This document shows positions 26,991-43,911 of a stretch of 64,000 nucleotides of DNA, one piece after another. The notes under the pieces are model-generated. The model searched no databases and was not told the DNA's origin. It saw nothing but the letters and a program-made list of their open reading frames with translations. The stretch is from Escherichia coli (lineage in GTDB: Bacteria > Pseudomonadota > Gammaproteobacteria > Enterobacterales > Enterobacteriaceae): NCBI RefSeq assembly GCF_003334385.1, contig NZ_QOWN01000008.1. The stretch is one strand, 5' to 3'. The position numbers and the translations under genes were made by a program. Position 1 is the stretch's first letter, and the number at the start of each line of letters is the position of its first letter.

Positions 26991-28248
26991 CGCTTCTCCT
27001 CGCGTCAATCACTTCCATGACATGTGCGACCGTGTGGAAAGAACCACACACCAGCACGGTGTCTTCCGCTTTAGCGTCCGCCATTGCGGCATCCCATGCC
27101 TGCGCAACGCTATCAAATGATTTGCCGTTACCCAAATGCTCAAGCAGTTGTTCTGCCGTGGCACCGCGCGGCCCTTCCAGTGGCGCACAATACCAGTCAT
27201 CAACCACGCTTTTCAACCAGGCCAGAGTTCCGGCAATATCTTTATCATGTAGCATACCGATAACCGCCAGCACGCGCCCGTTTTTCGGTAGCGCTTTCAT
27301 ACGCCCGGTGAGATATTCCGCCGCATGTGGATTATGCGCGACATCAAAAATAACGCGTGGCGACTCGCTCACAATCTGGAAACGTCCCGGCAAAATTGCG
27401 CTGGCAATCCCGTCGCGAATGGCATTTTCACTGACTTCCAGCCCGCTGGCACGCAGTGCCGCCAGCGCTGTTGCGGCATTCGGTTGCGGGACAAGCGGCA
27501 ACGGCAGATTTTCCAGCGTGCCGTGAGCATCGCTAAACGCCCAGTCATGATCGGTGACGGAATAGTTCCACTCAACGCCCCGACGTTGTAACAGTGCACC
27601 TTTTTCCTGCGCCACATCAGCAATGGTAGAAGGCATTTCCGGCTCACCGACAATTGCCGGTTTTTCGCTGCGGAAGATGCCTGCTTTCTCGCGACCAATA
27701 CTTTCGCGATCTGGACCCAGCCAGTCGGTATGATCCAGCGCAATACTGGTTACTACCGCGACATCGGCGTCGACAATATTGGTTGCGTCCAGACGACCGC
27801 CCAGCCCTACTTCCAGAATCACCACGTCAAGTTGTGCCTGCTTGAACAGCCACAACGCCGACAGCGTACCGTACTCGAAATAGGTCAGGGAAATATCACC
27901 GCGTGCCGATTCAATCTCCGCAAAAGAGGCGGTGTGGGCCGATTCCGGCAATTCCTGGCCCTGCACACGTACGCGCTCGGTATAACGCACCAGATGAGGC
28001 GAACTGTAGACGCCCACTTTGTACCCTGCCGCCATCAGAATCGACTCCAGCGTACGGCAGGTGGTGCCTTTGCCATTCGTACCCGCAACGGTAAACACAA
28101 ATGGCGCTGGTTTCAGGACGCCAAGACGCGCCGCGACCAGGCTCACGCGCTCAAGGCCGAGATCGATAGTTTTACTGTGCAGGTTTTCCAGATAAGAAAG
28201 CCACGAAGCCAGAGGCGACGCAGCTTGAGGAGTGCGTTTGATAATCAT
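26980..28248 (-). CDS. folC: Bifunctional folylpolyglutamate synthase / dihydrofolate synthase
   Basis: 422-aa ORF MIIKRTPQAASPLASWLSYLENLH...; P-loop GTNGKGTT; recognised as FolC; its stop overlaps the dedD start. Confidence 0.96.
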   Translation of the reverse strand: MIIKRTPQAASPLASWLSYLENLHSKTIDLGLERVSLVAARLGVLKPAPFVFTVAGTNGKGTTCRTLESILMAAGYKVGVYSSPHLVRYTERVRVQGQELPESAHTASFAEIESARGDISLTYFEYGTLSALWLFKQAQLDVVILEVGLGGRLDATNIVDADVAVVTSIALDHTDWLGPDRESIGREKAGIFRSEKPAIVGEPEMPSTIADVAQEKGALLQRRGVEWNYSVTDHDWAFSDAHGTLENLPLPLVPQPNAATALAALRASGLEVSENAIRDGIASAILPGRFQIVSESPRVIFDVAHNPHAAEYLTGRMKALPKNGRVLAVIGMLHDKDIAGTLAWLKSVVDDWYCAPLEGPRGATAEQLLEHLGNGKSFDSVAQAWDAAMADAKAEDTVLVCGSFHTVAHVMEVIDARRSGGK

Positions 28249-28317
28249 GGTATCCGCTGATTCGTTACGGTGAGAATAGCAAAAGGGCAGAGCCAGTGGC
28301 CCTGCCCTTATCAGTTA

Positions 28318-29232
28318 TCAGGCCTCAGGTTCCTGATCCGGTACCGGGGGTACCACTACGCCTTCACGCGGCGCTTCAGGATTCGGCGCTGGCAGATTCA
28401 TCAACTTCGCCAGAATGCTCGCCAGTTTCAGGCGCATTTCCGGACGACGGACGATCATGTCGATCGCGCCTTTCTCGATCAGGAATTCACTGCGCTGGAA
28501 TCCAGGCGGCAGTTTTTCGCGAACGGTCTGTTCGATAACACGCGGACCGGCAAAGCCGATTAACGCTTTCGGTTCAGCGATGTTGAGATCGCCCAGCATG
28601 GCGAAACTTGCAGAAACACCGCCCATCGTCGGGTCGGTCAGCACGGAGATGTACGGCAAGCCGCGCTCCTGCATTTTTGCCAGTGCCGCAGAGGTTTTCG
28701 CCATCTGCATCAGCGACATCAGTGCTTCCTGCATACGTGCGCCACCAGAGGCGGAGAAGCAGATCAGCGGGCAGTTATCTTCCAGCGCCTGCTCAACGGC
28801 ACGCACGAAACGTGCACCCACAACAGACCCCATTGAACCGCCCATAAAGGCGAACTCGAATGCCGCAGCGACAACCGGCATTCCATACAGAGTGCCTTTC
28901 ATCACCACCAGCGCATCTTTTTCGCCGGTTTCTTTCTGCGCAGATGCCAGACGGTCTTTATACTTCTTGGAGTCACGAAACTTCAGCACATCTTTCGGCT
29001 CAAGCTCGCTACCCAGCTCCACAAGGCTTCCTTCATCTAACAGGCTATGCAGGCGATTACGCGCTGTCATACGCATGTGATGGTCACACTTCGGACAGAC
29101 CTCAAGATTACGTTCCAGCTCAGCGCGGTATAAAACCTGACCGCAGCTATCACACTTAGTCCACACCCCTTCAGGAATGCTCGCCTTGCGGGTGGGAGTA
29201 ATGTTGCTTTTAATTCGTTCAATCCAGCTCAT
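28318..29232 (-). CDS. accD: Acetyl-CoA carboxylase carboxyltransferase beta subunit
   Basis: ORF-track frame 28318..29316; start placed at [13 protein letters not shown] for the recalled 304 aa; N-terminal Zn-ribbon CDSCG...CPKCDHH. Confidence 0.95.
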
Positions 29233-29387
29233 TAGGGACCTTTCTGTCTGAACCTGGTTCGATGCCAGTTTTATCTTTGGGGACGCATAATGCCATTTTT
29301 GCCCCCAACAGACCATGAATGTTGCACATTAAAACATAACAGCCCGAAACTTTGGATAAAAAAGTGGTCGAACCGCGGAGTTACTTT

Positions 29388-30047
29388 TTATTTTGCGGCG
29401 CGTGCCGCAGCGCGTTTGTGACGGATTATTTCGATGACGCCCGGCAAAATAGAAACCACAATAATCCCGACGATCAGCAGCTTAAGGTTATCCTGAACCA
29501 TCGGGATTGTACCGAAGAAATAGCCTGCGTAGGTAAAAAGCAGTACCCACAACAGTGCGCCGATCACGTTATAAGCGGCGAAATGACGGTACGACATGTG
29601 GCCCATTCCCGCAACAAACGGGGCGAACGTTCTGACGATCGGCACAAAACGGGCGAGAATAATCGTTTTGCCGCCATGTTTCTCATAAAACTGATGGGTT
29701 TTGTCGAGATAACTGCGACGGAAAATTTTCGAATTGGGATTACTGAACAACTTTTCACCGAACAACCGCCCGATAGTGTAATTGACCGCGTCACCCACAA
29801 TCGCGGCGATCAGCATCAGCACCACCATCATATGGACGTTGAGATCGTTGGTTTCCAGTGATGCCAACGCTCCGGCAACAAACAGCAATGAATCACCCGG
29901 TAAAAACGGCGTTACCACCAGACCGGTTTCACAGAACAAAATTAAGAACAAAATGGCATAAACCCAGACGCCGTACTCCGCGACCAGCTCTGCCAGATGC
30001 ACGTCAATGTGCAGGATAAAATCGATGAGGAAATAAATCAGGTCCAT
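29388..30047 (-). CDS. dedA: DedA-family inner-membrane protein
   Basis: 219-aa hydrophobic [25 protein letters not shown]...; recognised as DedA. Confidence 0.95.
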   Translation of the reverse strand: MDLIYFLIDFILHIDVHLAELVAEYGVWVYAILFLILFCETGLVVTPFLPGDSLLFVAGALASLETNDLNVHMMVVLMLIAAIVGDAVNYTIGRLFGEKLFSNPNSKIFRRSYLDKTHQFYEKHGGKTIILARFVPIVRTFAPFVAGMGHMSYRHFAAYNVIGALLWVLLFTYAGYFFGTIPMVQDNLKLLIVGIIVVSILPGVIEIIRHKRAAARAAK

Positions 30048-30129
30048 ATTTGCCTATGCCTTGTACTCGTCATCTTTCAGGCTGTAACTACGTTGGCTAC
30101 AGCCTGAAATGTTCCGAGCATTATTCTCG

Positions 30130-30942
30130 TTAGTCCGCCAGAAATAGCGGGCCCATTGGCGGTTTTGGAAGATCATACCGGTCAGGGTAATCCACCGCGA
30201 CCAGATACAGCCCTTCCGCTTTTGCCGTTGCTGCCGCCAGCGTTCTGTCCTTTGCCGCCAGCAACTCTGCTATCCAGCTCTCCGGCTGGTTGTGGGCACC
30301 GACTTCCATCAGGCTGCCGACAATATTCCTGACCATATGATGTACAAAAGCATTCGCTTTAATATCTACCACCACATAAGGACCGTGACGCGTGACATTA
30401 ATATGCATAACGTTGCGCCACGGGGTTCGGGACTGGCACTGCACCGCACGGAACGAGGTGAAATCATTCTCGCCCAGCAAGCATTGCGCAGCCCGATGCA
30501 TCCGTTCAGCGTCCAGCGGTTCGTAAAAATGGGTTACCCCTTTACTCAGTACCGCCGGGCGCAGCCGATGATTGTAGATGATGTAGCGATAACGGCGAGC
30601 CGTGGCGCTAAATCGGGCATGAAAATCATCAGGTACAGCTTTAACCCAACGCACAGCGATGTCACCAGGTAAATTCGCATTTACGCCCAAGGTCCACGCC
30701 GCGTCTTTGCGCAGCGCGGTTGTTTCGAAATGCACAACCTGCCCGGTACCGTGTACCCCTGCGTCAGTACGCCCGGCGCAGAAGACGGTGATGGGTTCGT
30801 TCGCCACCTGGGAGAGCGCCTTTTCCAGCTTCTCCTGCACACTGCGGACTTCGTTCTGCCGTTGCCAGCCGTAATACTTACTGCCGTCGTACTCAATGCC
30901 CAGCGCAATTTTATAAACTGGCGGTTGTTGCTGGTCGGACAT
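30130..30942 (-). CDS. truA: tRNA pseudouridine(38-40) synthase
   Basis: 270-aa [32 protein letters not shown]...; recognised as TruA. Confidence 0.96.
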   Translation of the reverse strand: MSDQQQPPVYKIALGIEYDGSKYYGWQRQNEVRSVQEKLEKALSQVANEPITVFCAGRTDAGVHGTGQVVHFETTALRKDAAWTLGVNANLPGDIAVRWVKAVPDDFHARFSATARRYRYIIYNHRLRPAVLSKGVTHFYEPLDAERMHRAAQCLLGENDFTSFRAVQCQSRTPWRNVMHINVTRHGPYVVVDIKANAFVHHMVRNIVGSLMEVGAHNQPESWIAELLAAKDRTLAAATAKAEGLYLVAVDYPDRYDLPKPPMGPLFLAD

Positions 30943-31955
30943 TAGTACAGATACTCCTGCACCAGTTTCTCGGCGATTTTTACTGCCATCAGCGCGCCGC
31001 CAAAGCGAACGTTATCGGCCACCGACCAGAACTGGACTTGCTCCGGCATACCGTAGTCATTACGCACGCAGCCAACAGAAAGATGCGGCGTACCCGAAGC
31101 ATCACCTACCTGAGTTGGGAATTCGTTCTCTTCAGAGAGCACAATATCTTCGCCTTGAACAAACGCATCACGCGCTTCTTCTGCTGCCAGTGGACGCAGA
31201 GCTTCAAAGTTGACCATCTGGGCATGACCGTAGAATACCGGTGCCTGGACGACGCTAGCCGAAATCATCAGCCCTTCGTCCTGCAGGATTTTGCGTACTT
31301 CGTCAACGATACGACGTTCTTCACGCACGCTACCTTCGCTATCCGGCAGTAACGGCAGCATGTTGAACGCCAGCTGACGCCCGAAGAAATCTTCTTCGTC
31401 AATCGGAATGCCGTTGAGCAATTTCGCACTCTGCCCCGCTAACGCATCGACCGCTTTTTTGCCCTGGGCGGAGGCTGAAATCAGGCTGGTAACGCTGATA
31501 CGTGATAAACCGCCCTGATCGATTAACGGTTTCAGTGCCGCCAGCAGCTGGCTGGTCAGACTGTCTGGTACGGCGATGACATTCCGGTTCCGGTAATCTG
31601 TCAGTACAAACGGGTTTACTTCCGGCACCACCAGCGGTACGTCGGGTTCGAGAGCAAACAATCCACTGCTGTCGATCACCAGGCAACCTGAGTTGGTCGC
31701 TTCTTCAACCCAGGCAGCGGTAGCTTCTTTGCCTGCGACAAAAAATGCCAGCTGCGCCTGCGTCCAGTCGAATTCAGCGGCATCCTGCACGGTGATTGTC
31801 TTACCACCAAAGCGCAGTTGTTCGCCTGCGCTTTCGTTACGTGCCAGTGCATAAATTTCCCCAACCGGGAACTGACGTTCAGCCAGCGTTTCAAGCAGGG
31901 CTTCGCCCACAGCGCCAGTTGCGCCCAGGACGGCAATGTTCCAGCCTTCAGACAT
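30942..31955 (-). CDS. usg: Usg-1 protein (aspartate-semialdehyde dehydrogenase homologue)
   Basis: 337-aa [27 protein letters not shown]...; recognised as Usg. Confidence 0.94.
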
Positions 31956-32020
31956 GGTGGTTTACTCCAGAAATAGCAAAGCTCCCTGCCAATGTTACAG
32001 CAGAGAGCATGAAGAAGAGA

Positions 32021-33157
32021 TTAACGTGCCGGATGATGAACGGCGTTAAAACCCAGTTTACACAGCAATGATGCCGCACTGGCGTCATCACAAATTACAT
32101 ACAGAGATGACCATTCACGGCGCTCAAGATAGTTTTTGCGCAGTTTATCGAACTCACCCGGTATCCCGGCGACTTTACGCAGCGGTGCGTCATCGCGGCG
32201 CACATCATACACCAAATGCACCAGCCTTTTCAGCGTCGGTTGATCGAGCGGGCCATGCAGCGTAATGCGACCAAACTCTGGCGCAGGCAGTAATGTATCC
32301 AGCGCAACGTGCTGTTCATGCCCAATAAACTTGCTATAAGCTTCAAACACTTGCGTAGTACCGCGTGCTTTACCTTCCAGGGTATAGCCTGCGATATGCG
32401 GCGTGCCGATATCCACTTTTTTCAGCAGCTCGACGTTGAGTTCCGGTTCGCCTTCCCAGACATCCAGCACTACGCTTAACTTCTGGCCTTCATTCAGGCA
32501 GGTCAGCAACGCAGTATTATCGACGACTGCGCCACGGCAGGCGTTAATCAGAATCGCTCCGGGCTTCAGGCTACGGATCAGTTTTTCATCCGCCAGATGT
32601 AGCGTTTTGTACGGACCATCTTTAAAGAGTGGCGTATGGAAAGTCAGAATATCCGCGCGCTGGACTAACTCATCCAGCGAGCGGAAATCACCCTCATCCC
32701 CACGGTCGGCGCGAGGCGGATCGCAAAGTAAGGTTTTAATCCCTAACGCTTCCAGTCGCGCCTGCAATCGACGTCCAACGTTACCAACGCCCACGATCCC
32801 CACCGTACGGTCGTACAGTGAAAATCCATCGCGTTCGGCAAGCATCAGCAGGGAGGAGAAAACATATTCCACCACCGCAATCGCATTACAGCCAGGTGCA
32901 GCGGAAAAACCAATTCCCGCCTGCTTCAACCATGCTTCATCGACATGGTCGGTCCCCGCAGTGGCAGTGCCAACAAATTTAATGGGTTTTCCTGCCAGCA
33001 AAGATTCATTCACTTTCGTGACCGAACGCACCATCAGCGCATCCGCGTCTGCCAGTTGAGCGACGGGGATTGGACGCCCGGGAACCGCGGTCACCTCACC
33101 CAAACGGCTAAATAAGTCGCGGGCATAAGGCATATTTTCATCAACAAGGATTTTCAC
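32021..33157 (-). CDS. pdxB: Erythronate-4-phosphate dehydrogenase
   Basis: 378-aa [25 protein letters not shown]...; NAD-binding GIVGVGNVG; recognised as PdxB. Confidence 0.96.
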   Translation of the reverse strand: MKILVDENMPYARDLFSRLGEVTAVPGRPIPVAQLADADALMVRSVTKVNESLLAGKPIKFVGTATAGTDHVDEAWLKQAGIGFSAAPGCNAIAVVEYVFSSLLMLAERDGFSLYDRTVGIVGVGNVGRRLQARLEALGIKTLLCDPPRADRGDEGDFRSLDELVQRADILTFHTPLFKDGPYKTLHLADEKLIRSLKPGAILINACRGAVVDNTALLTCLNEGQKLSVVLDVWEGEPELNVELLKKVDIGTPHIAGYTLEGKARGTTQVFEAYSKFIGHEQHVALDTLLPAPEFGRITLHGPLDQPTLKRLVHLVYDVRRDDAPLRKVAGIPGEFDKLRKNYLERREWSSLYVICDDASAASLLCKLGFNAVHHPAR

Positions 33158-33255
33158 GTTTGTGTTACCTGTATGAGACGAGAGTTAACCGGACAAGTGT
33201 GCCATAATCTCGCGGCCAGGCATACTTGCGAAGATTTCAGGTATAAGGATACGTA

Positions 33256-35429
<2,174 letters not shown>

Positions 35430-35588
35430 TTACTCCAGAATGCAGCGCAAGGCGAGGAGTATCCCCGTCTCATCTCTCTGGTTTCAGGGTTACAGTGCGT
35501 TGGCAGGATTTAACGCGTACGTCTTTTCAGAAGGAAATCGACAAAGCGGGAAGTTTGCCTGGAACAGGCGGCGATTGTCAATGATGTG

Positions 35589-35615
35589 AAAAAGGGAACC
35601 ATCGGGTTCCCTTTT
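35589..35615 (-). terminator. Intrinsic terminator downstream of fabB
   Basis: Stem aaaagggaacc / ggttccctttt with 4-nt loop; T-runs follow on either strand. Confidence 0.7.
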
Positions 35616-35646
35616 GTGTTAGTGCCGGAGGCCGCATTGGCGCGTA

Positions 35647-35686
35647 ACGTCGGATGCGACGCTGGCGCGCCTTACCCGACCTACGG
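35647..35686. repeat. REP element immediately downstream of fabB
   Basis: acgtcggatgcgacgctggcgcgccttacccgacctacgg matches REP consensus. Confidence 0.75.
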
Positions 35687-35690
35687 CGAA

Positions 35691-36911
35691 TTAATCTTTC
35701 AGCTTGCGCATTACCAGCGTGGCGTTGGTGCCGCCGAAGCCGAAGCTGTTAGACATAACGGTGGTCAGTTCGCGATCGGTCGTTTCGGTCACGATGTTCA
35801 GACCTGCAGCCTGCTCGTCCAGCTCTTCAATGTTGATGCTCGGGGCGATAAAGCCGTGTTCCAGCATCAGCAGAGAGTAGATAGCTTCCTGTACGCCAGC
35901 AGCGCCCAGAGAGTGACCGGTCATGGCTTTGGTTGCAGAAATCGCCGGGCTCTTATCGCCGAACACTTCACGGATAGCTGCCAGCTCTTTCACGTCGCCA
36001 ACCGGAGTCGAAGTACCGTGGGAGTTCAGGTAATCGATTGGGGTATCAACGCCATGCATCGCCATCTTCATGCAGCGTACTGCGCCTTCGCCAGACGGAG
36101 CAACCATGTCTGCACCATCAGAGGTTGCGCCGTAGCCAACGATTTCAGCATAGATGTGAGCACCACGCGCCAGCGCGTGTTCCAGCTCTTCAACCACTAC
36201 CATACCGCCGCCGCCAGCGATAACGAAACCGTCACGGTGAGCGTCGTAAGTACGGGAGGCTTTTTCCGGGGTGTCGTTGTATTTAGTAGACAGCGCACCC
36301 ATTGCGTCGAATTCGCAAGCCATTTCCCAGCACAGCTCTTCGCCGCCGCCAGCAAACACGATGTCCTGTTTGCCCAGTTGGATCTGCTCTACTGCGTTAC
36401 CGATACAGTGTGCGGAAGTCGCACACGCGGAGCTGATGGAGTAGTTAACGCCATGAATTTTAAACGGGGTGGCGAGGCAGGCAGAAACGCCGGATGCCAT
36501 CGCTTTGGTGACCACATACGGGCCAACCGCTTTCAGGCCGCGCGGGCCGCGCATTGCGTCAGCGCCGAACACCTGGAAACGCGGGGAGCCGCCGCCGGAA
36601 CCTGCAATCAGGCCAACGCGCGGGTTATTCTGGTAAGCTTCCGGAGAGAGGCCCGCATCAGCGATTGCCTGCTCCATAGAAAGGAATGCATAAATGGATG
36701 CGTCGCTCATAAAGCGCACAACTTTGCGGTCAATGAGGCCAGTGGTATCCAGTTTTACGTTGCCCCAGACGTGGCTACGCATGCCGGAATCCTTCAGCTC
36801 CTGAGAGAAAGTGATCCCTGAACGTCCTTCACGCAGAGATGCCAGGACTTCCTGCTGGTTATTACCGATGCTGGAAACAATGCCCAGGCCAGTAATCACT
36901 GCACGTTTCAT
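35691..36911 (-). CDS. fabB: 3-oxoacyl-ACP synthase I
   Basis: 406-aa [25 protein letters not shown]...; recognised as FabB; the antisense 411-aa ORF is spurious. Confidence 0.97.
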
Positions 36912-36958
36912 TCAATACCTCTGTAAGTCGCACATAGAGTAAGTTTCGAATGCACAAT

Positions 36959-36994
36959 AGCGTACACTTGTACGCCGAACAAGTCCGATCAGCC
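36959..36994 (-). promoter_or_regulatory. fabB promoter operator region (FabR palindrome and adjacent FadR-type site)
   Basis: agcgtacacttgtacgcc palindrome plus gaacaagtccgatcag, 48-83 bp upstream of the fabB start; fabB is known to be FadR-activated and FabR-repressed. Confidence 0.55.
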
Positions 36995-37003
36995 ATTTAA
37001 TAG

Positions 37004-39076
<2,073 letters not shown>

Positions 39077-39094
39077 TCTGCTCTCGCAGTGTTT

Positions 39095-39177
<83 letters not shown>

Positions 39178-39196
39178 CTGCTCCAGACGCCGCAAC

Positions 39197-39475
39197 TTAC
39201 TGCTGTGACGCCTGCTGAAACAGGTTTTCCCACATATCGGTCACCAGCGCCTGGTCACGCGGCGACAATTCACCAGCACCAATGGCTTTTTCCAGACTCT
39301 GGCTAACGGTCGTATGCACCGCCTGAGCGGAGTGGTCATCACCACTTTCCAGTTCTGCGATGGCTAATGTCAGGTGGCCACGCAAATACCCACTGGCAAA
39401 CAACTCATCATCACTGGCATGGTCAACCATACCGTCGATTAATGCCAGAATGCGTGATTCAAACTCCGCGATCAT
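39197..39475 (-). CDS. yfcL: Small protein YfcL
   Basis: 92-aa [29 protein letters not shown]...; recognised as YfcL. Confidence 0.88.
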
Positions 39476-39508
39476 CTTCTTTCCTCATTGTAAAACGTGG
39501 CGCTGGCT

Positions 39509-40057
39509 TCAGTTGAGCGCTTCCGGCCACGGGAACTGTTCCGCCGTAAGTTCCGGCGTGTGATAATAATTTTGTAGTGCTTTAATGAAGCGTGCCGGAC
39601 GTTCCGGAATGCCATTTGTCAGATAATCCATCACCTGCGCATGTACTCGCCGTTGAAACACCACACGATCCGGTTCGAAATCCCCTTCCAGATTGTCGCA
39701 ACTGACGTTAAACGGATATCCCGCCGCCACACAGAACAACCAGTCGAGCGCCTGCGGCTTCACTTCAACATCTTCAAACTGGCTTTGCGTTTGGGCATCG
39801 CGTCCGTCCGGGCAATACCAGTAGCCGAAATCAACCAGCTCACGGCGCGCTTTCCCGGCAATACACCAGTGCGAAATCTCATGAATTGCGCTGGCATAAA
39901 AGCCATGAGCAAAGACGATTCGGTTATACGGTACTTCCGCATCAGCAGGAAGATAGATCGGTTCGTCGTCGCCTTTAATCAGACGGGTATTAAAATCATC
40001 GGCAAAGCAGCTATTAAAAATTTCAATCAACTGCTCGTAGTGGTGTGTACTGTTCAT
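39509..40057 (-). CDS. epmC: Elongation factor P hydroxylase
   Basis: ORF-track frame 39509..40243; start placed at MNSTHHYEQLIEIF for the recalled 182 aa; start overlaps the yfcA stop. Confidence 0.9.
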   Translation of the reverse strand: MNSTHHYEQLIEIFNSCFADDFNTRLIKGDDEPIYLPADAEVPYNRIVFAHGFYASAIHEISHWCIAGKARRELVDFGYWYCPDGRDAQTQSQFEDVEVKPQALDWLFCVAAGYPFNVSCDNLEGDFEPDRVVFQRRVHAQVMDYLTNGIPERPARFIKALQNYYHTPELTAEQFPWPEALN

Positions 40058-40866
40058 TAGTTCATCCCCAACCAGTGGAGGATCTCCTGTCCGTGGCTGT
40101 CGTAAAGTAATTTGGCACTCATCACCGCCGAGACGATAACAATCATCGGGCGGATCAGCTTTTGTCCTTTGCTCAACACCAGTCGTGAACCCATGCGCGC
40201 GCCGAGGAACTGCCCCACCAGCATGACAAAGCCCGTCGCCCAAATCACTTTGCCGCCGAGAATAAACAGCAGTAAACCGCCGATGTTTGACGTTGCGTTG
40301 AGTAATTTGGCGTGAGCCGTGGCTTTGGCGAGGTTAAATCCGCACAGCGTAACGAAGGCCAGCGCGTAAAACGACCCGGCAGCCGGGCCAAAGAATCCAT
40401 CATAAAAACCGACGCAGCCACCGGCTATTAACGCGAAGGGTAAACCGTACATCCGGCGCTGGCGGTCTTCTTCACCTAGCTTTGGCATCAGCAAGAAATA
40501 GAGGCCGATACAAATTACCAGAATGGGCAAAATCTGCCGTAAGACATCAGCCTGAACGTATTGCACCAGCAGTGCGCCGCTCATTGAGCCGACAAAGGTC
40601 ATGGCGATATTGAGTTTCTGATCGCTTAAACTAACCACTTTGCGGCGAATAAAGTAGATAGTAGCGGAAATAGAGCCGCCGCAGGCTTGCAGTTTATTGG
40701 TTGCCAGCGCATTAGCGGGAGACATCCCCGCTGCCATCAATGCCGGAATGGTGAGTAACCCACCGCCACCGGCAATCGAGTCGATAAATCCCGCCAGCAT
40801 GGCGACAAAAAAGAGAACTCCCAGCAACAGCGGGGAAACCATAAACAGGCTATTAAACGTTTCCAT
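40057..40866 (-). CDS. yfcA: TauE/SafE-family membrane protein
   Basis: 269-aa hydrophobic [23 protein letters not shown]...; recognised as YfcA. Confidence 0.93.
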   Translation of the reverse strand: METFNSLFMVSPLLLGVLFFVAMLAGFIDSIAGGGGLLTIPALMAAGMSPANALATNKLQACGGSISATIYFIRRKVVSLSDQKLNIAMTFVGSMSGALLVQYVQADVLRQILPILVICIGLYFLLMPKLGEEDRQRRMYGLPFALIAGGCVGFYDGFFGPAAGSFYALAFVTLCGFNLAKATAHAKLLNATSNIGGLLLFILGGKVIWATGFVMLVGQFLGARMGSRLVLSKGQKLIRPMIVIVSAVMSAKLLYDSHGQEILHWLGMN

Positions 40867-41690
40867 TAGATCACGTGCTCATCCAGTAGCGCCTGGCAGG
40901 AAGGCGGCAACGGAGGCGGTGTCTTCTTCTCAGGCTTTGTTGTTCCCGGTTTTGGAGGTTCAAACCAGCTTTGCAGTTCTGCCCCGCAACCATCGCCTGA
41001 TGGCGGTAAAGGTTGATCTTCACACTCCAGACTATCGGCAGGGCAACGTAATCGTACATGCATATGCGCGCGATGCTGGAACCAGGGTCGCACTTTGCGC
41101 AACCAGTCGCGATCGGTGCCCGCATCAAGGCAAAGTTGTTGTTTAATCGCCGGATTAACAAAAATGCGCGTGACGTCTTTGTCCTGGGCGGCGAGTTTGA
41201 TCAAGCTGAAAATTTCTGGCTTCCACAGCGTGGAGACAACGTGTTTACCGTCGCGGGAAACTAAGTCCAGTGCTTGCGGGCGCAAGAGCTGCGCGGAGGT
41301 CCAGCGAGTTTTCGGCAGTTGCAGAAAGATATCGACATCCAGTCCGGTCTGGTGGCTGGCATGACCGCCGTTGAAACGCCCACCAGCGGGCATCCCCATA
41401 TCGCCAATCAGCACCGTACCCATGCCCAGATTGCTCACCTGGCTACTCAGACGCTGGATAAACATCACCAGATCCGGGTGACCGAAATAGCGACGCTGAT
41501 CGGTACGCATGACCTGATAATGTTCGGACTGTATCGGCAGCGTGTCAGCGCCGACAATACAGCCATTAGAAAAACTGCCTATCGATTGTGCGCTACCCGG
41601 CACAGGTTGGGTTATTTTTTGCCACGGCGTCGCTGCCAGGCTGGCGCTACTGGCAAGCAGAGCCAGCAGCGCAATCGCGGTTTTATTCAT
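40866..41690 (-). CDS. mepA: Penicillin-insensitive murein DD-endopeptidase
   Basis: 274-aa ORF with signal peptide [19 protein letters not shown]; recognised as MepA. Confidence 0.95.
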
Positions 41691-41693
41691 TTT

Positions 41694-42779
41694 TTACCAG
41701 CGTGGAATATCAGTCTTCACATCGGCATTTTGCGCCCGTTGCCGTAACAGGTGATCCATTAAAACGATCGCCAGCATCGCTTCTGCGATCGGCACTGCGC
41801 GGATCCCGACACAGGGATCGTGACGGCCTTTGGTGATCATCTCAACTTCTTCGCCAAAGCGGTTAATGGTACGACCCGGCACGGTAATGCTGGAGGTCGG
41901 TTTCAGCGCCATATGGGCAATGATTTGCTGCCCGCTGCTGATACCGCCGAGAATGCCGCCCGCATGGTTGCTCTGGAAACCGTCTTTGGTGATTTCATCG
42001 CGGTTCTGGCTGCCGCGCAGCGCCACCACGTCAAAGCCGTCGCCAATTTCCACGCCTTTCACCGCGTTGATGCTCATCAGCGCATGGGCGATGTCAGCAT
42101 CCAGGCGGTCAAAGACCGGCTCGCCAAGTCCGGCAGGAACGCCACTGGCAACAACGGTGACTTTAGCGCCGATGGAGTCGCCCTCTTTTTTCAGCGCACG
42201 CATCAACTCGTCTAACGCGTCGATTTTGTCGGGGTCCGGGCAAAAAAACGGATTTTGCTCGACCTGCGACCAGTCTTTGATATCCAGCGGAATGTCGCCC
42301 ATCTGGGTCAGGCAGCCACGGATTTCAATACCAAATTTCTCGGCGAGATATTTTTTGGCAATAGCTCCTGCCGCCACGCGCATGGCGGTTTCGCGGGCGG
42401 AAGAACGTCCACCGCCGCGATAATCGCGCAGACCGTATTTTTGTTCGTAGGTGTAATCGGCATGGCCTGGACGGAAAACGTCCTTAATCGCACTGTAATC
42501 CTGAGAGCGCTGGTCAGTGTTTTCGATCAACAAGCCAATGCTGGTGCCGGTAGTAACGCCTTCAAAAACACCGGAGAGAATTTTGACCTGATCCGGCTCG
42601 CGGCGCTGGGTGGTATAGCGCGATGTCCCAGGGCGACGACGGTCGAGGTCATGTTGCAGGTCCGCTTCCGTCAGCGGAATGCCTGGCGGAACACCATCGA
42701 CGATGCAGCCGAGCGCCAGCCCGTGCGATTCGCCGAAGGTGGTTACGCGAAAGAGTTGTCCAATTGTGTTTCCAGCCAT
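41694..42779 (-). CDS. aroC: Chorismate synthase
   Basis: ORF-track 41694..42782; start at the second Met ([20 protein letters not shown]) for the recalled 361 aa. Confidence 0.96.
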   Translation of the reverse strand: MAGNTIGQLFRVTTFGESHGLALGCIVDGVPPGIPLTEADLQHDLDRRRPGTSRYTTQRREPDQVKILSGVFEGVTTGTSIGLLIENTDQRSQDYSAIKDVFRPGHADYTYEQKYGLRDYRGGGRSSARETAMRVAAGAIAKKYLAEKFGIEIRGCLTQMGDIPLDIKDWSQVEQNPFFCPDPDKIDALDELMRALKKEGDSIGAKVTVVASGVPAGLGEPVFDRLDADIAHALMSINAVKGVEIGDGFDVVALRGSQNRDEITKDGFQSNHAGGILGGISSGQQIIAHMALKPTSSITVPGRTINRFGEEVEMITKGRHDPCVGIRAVPIAEAMLAIVLMDHLLRQRAQNADVKTDIPRW

Positions 42780-42813
42780 CACGGCTCCGTTATTGTTGTG
42801 TTTGCGTGTTTAC

Positions 42814-43746
42814 TTAATCTTTATAAATCGCGAAATGTTCTCGTGCGGCAATAAGCTGCTCTTTGGTGAGCATAAACACACCATCGCCGCCGTTATCAAA
42901 CTCCAGCCAGGTGAACGGAACATCCGGATATTGTTCCATAAGATGTACCATGCTGTTGCCGACTTCACAAATCAACACGCCATCATCAGCAAGGTAATCT
43001 GCCGCGTTACCGAGAATGCGACGCGTCAGTTTCAGGCCGTCAGTGCCAGATGCCAGGCCCAGTTCCGGCTCGTGGCGGTATTCGTTTGGCAGGTCGGACA
43101 TATCTTCCGCATCGACATACGGCGGGTTAGTGACAATCAGGTCGTACTGCACTTTCGGCAAGTCGCGGAACAGATCGGAACGAATCGGAATGACGTTGTG
43201 GATCAGACCGTGTTCTTCGATGTTCTGTTCAGCAACCGCCAGCGCGTCTGGAGAGATATCCACCGCGTCGACTTCTGCATCCGGGAAGGCATAAGCACAG
43301 GCAATGGCGATGCAGCCGCTACCAGTACACATATCTAAAATATGCTGCGGTTGCTTGCTGATAAGTCCGGCAAATTTATTGTTGATCAGTTCACCAATCG
43401 GCGAGCGCGGCACCAGCACGCGTTCATCGACGTAAAATTCATGGCCGCAGAACCACGCTTTGTTGGTCAGGTAAGCCACCGGAATGCGTTCATTGACGCG
43501 GCGGATCACGCGTTCAACAATACGGTGTTTTTCGCTGGAGGTCAGACGCGCGGTGCGCATATCTTCCGGAATATCCAGCGGCAGGTAGAGCGAAGGCAAC
43601 ACCAGCTGTACGGCTTCATCCCACGGGTTATCGGTACCGTGACCGTACCAGATATTTGCCGCGCTGAAGCGGCTCACCGACCAGCGCAACATGTCCTGAA
43701 TGGTTTGCAGCTCATTTACTGCTTCATCAACGAAAATTTTATCCAC
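42814..43746 (-). CDS. prmB: Ribosomal protein uL3 glutamine N5-methyltransferase
   Basis: ORF-track frame extends to 44079; start placed at the GTG ([13 protein letters not shown]...) for the recalled 310 aa; NPPY methyltransferase motif. Confidence 0.9.
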
Positions 43747-43911
43747 GTATTCCTCCAGGGCATGATCGCAATAATTTCGGCGGCTAGTTTGCCATGAAGA
43801 TGACGATAAATCAGCATTCACGCGCGGTGAGTGAGGAAAAATACGTTTAAAACGATCGATTGCGCTACGAGTCGGGTAAACTGTAGGAAAATTAGAAATA
43901 GAGACAGATAA

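Noticed and set aside
35586-36821. 411-aa plus-strand ORF opposite fabB
   Set aside because: fabB on the minus strand matches FabB; the antisense ORF is Ala/Arg/Gly/Val-rich with no motif and overlaps a REP and terminator at its 5' end.
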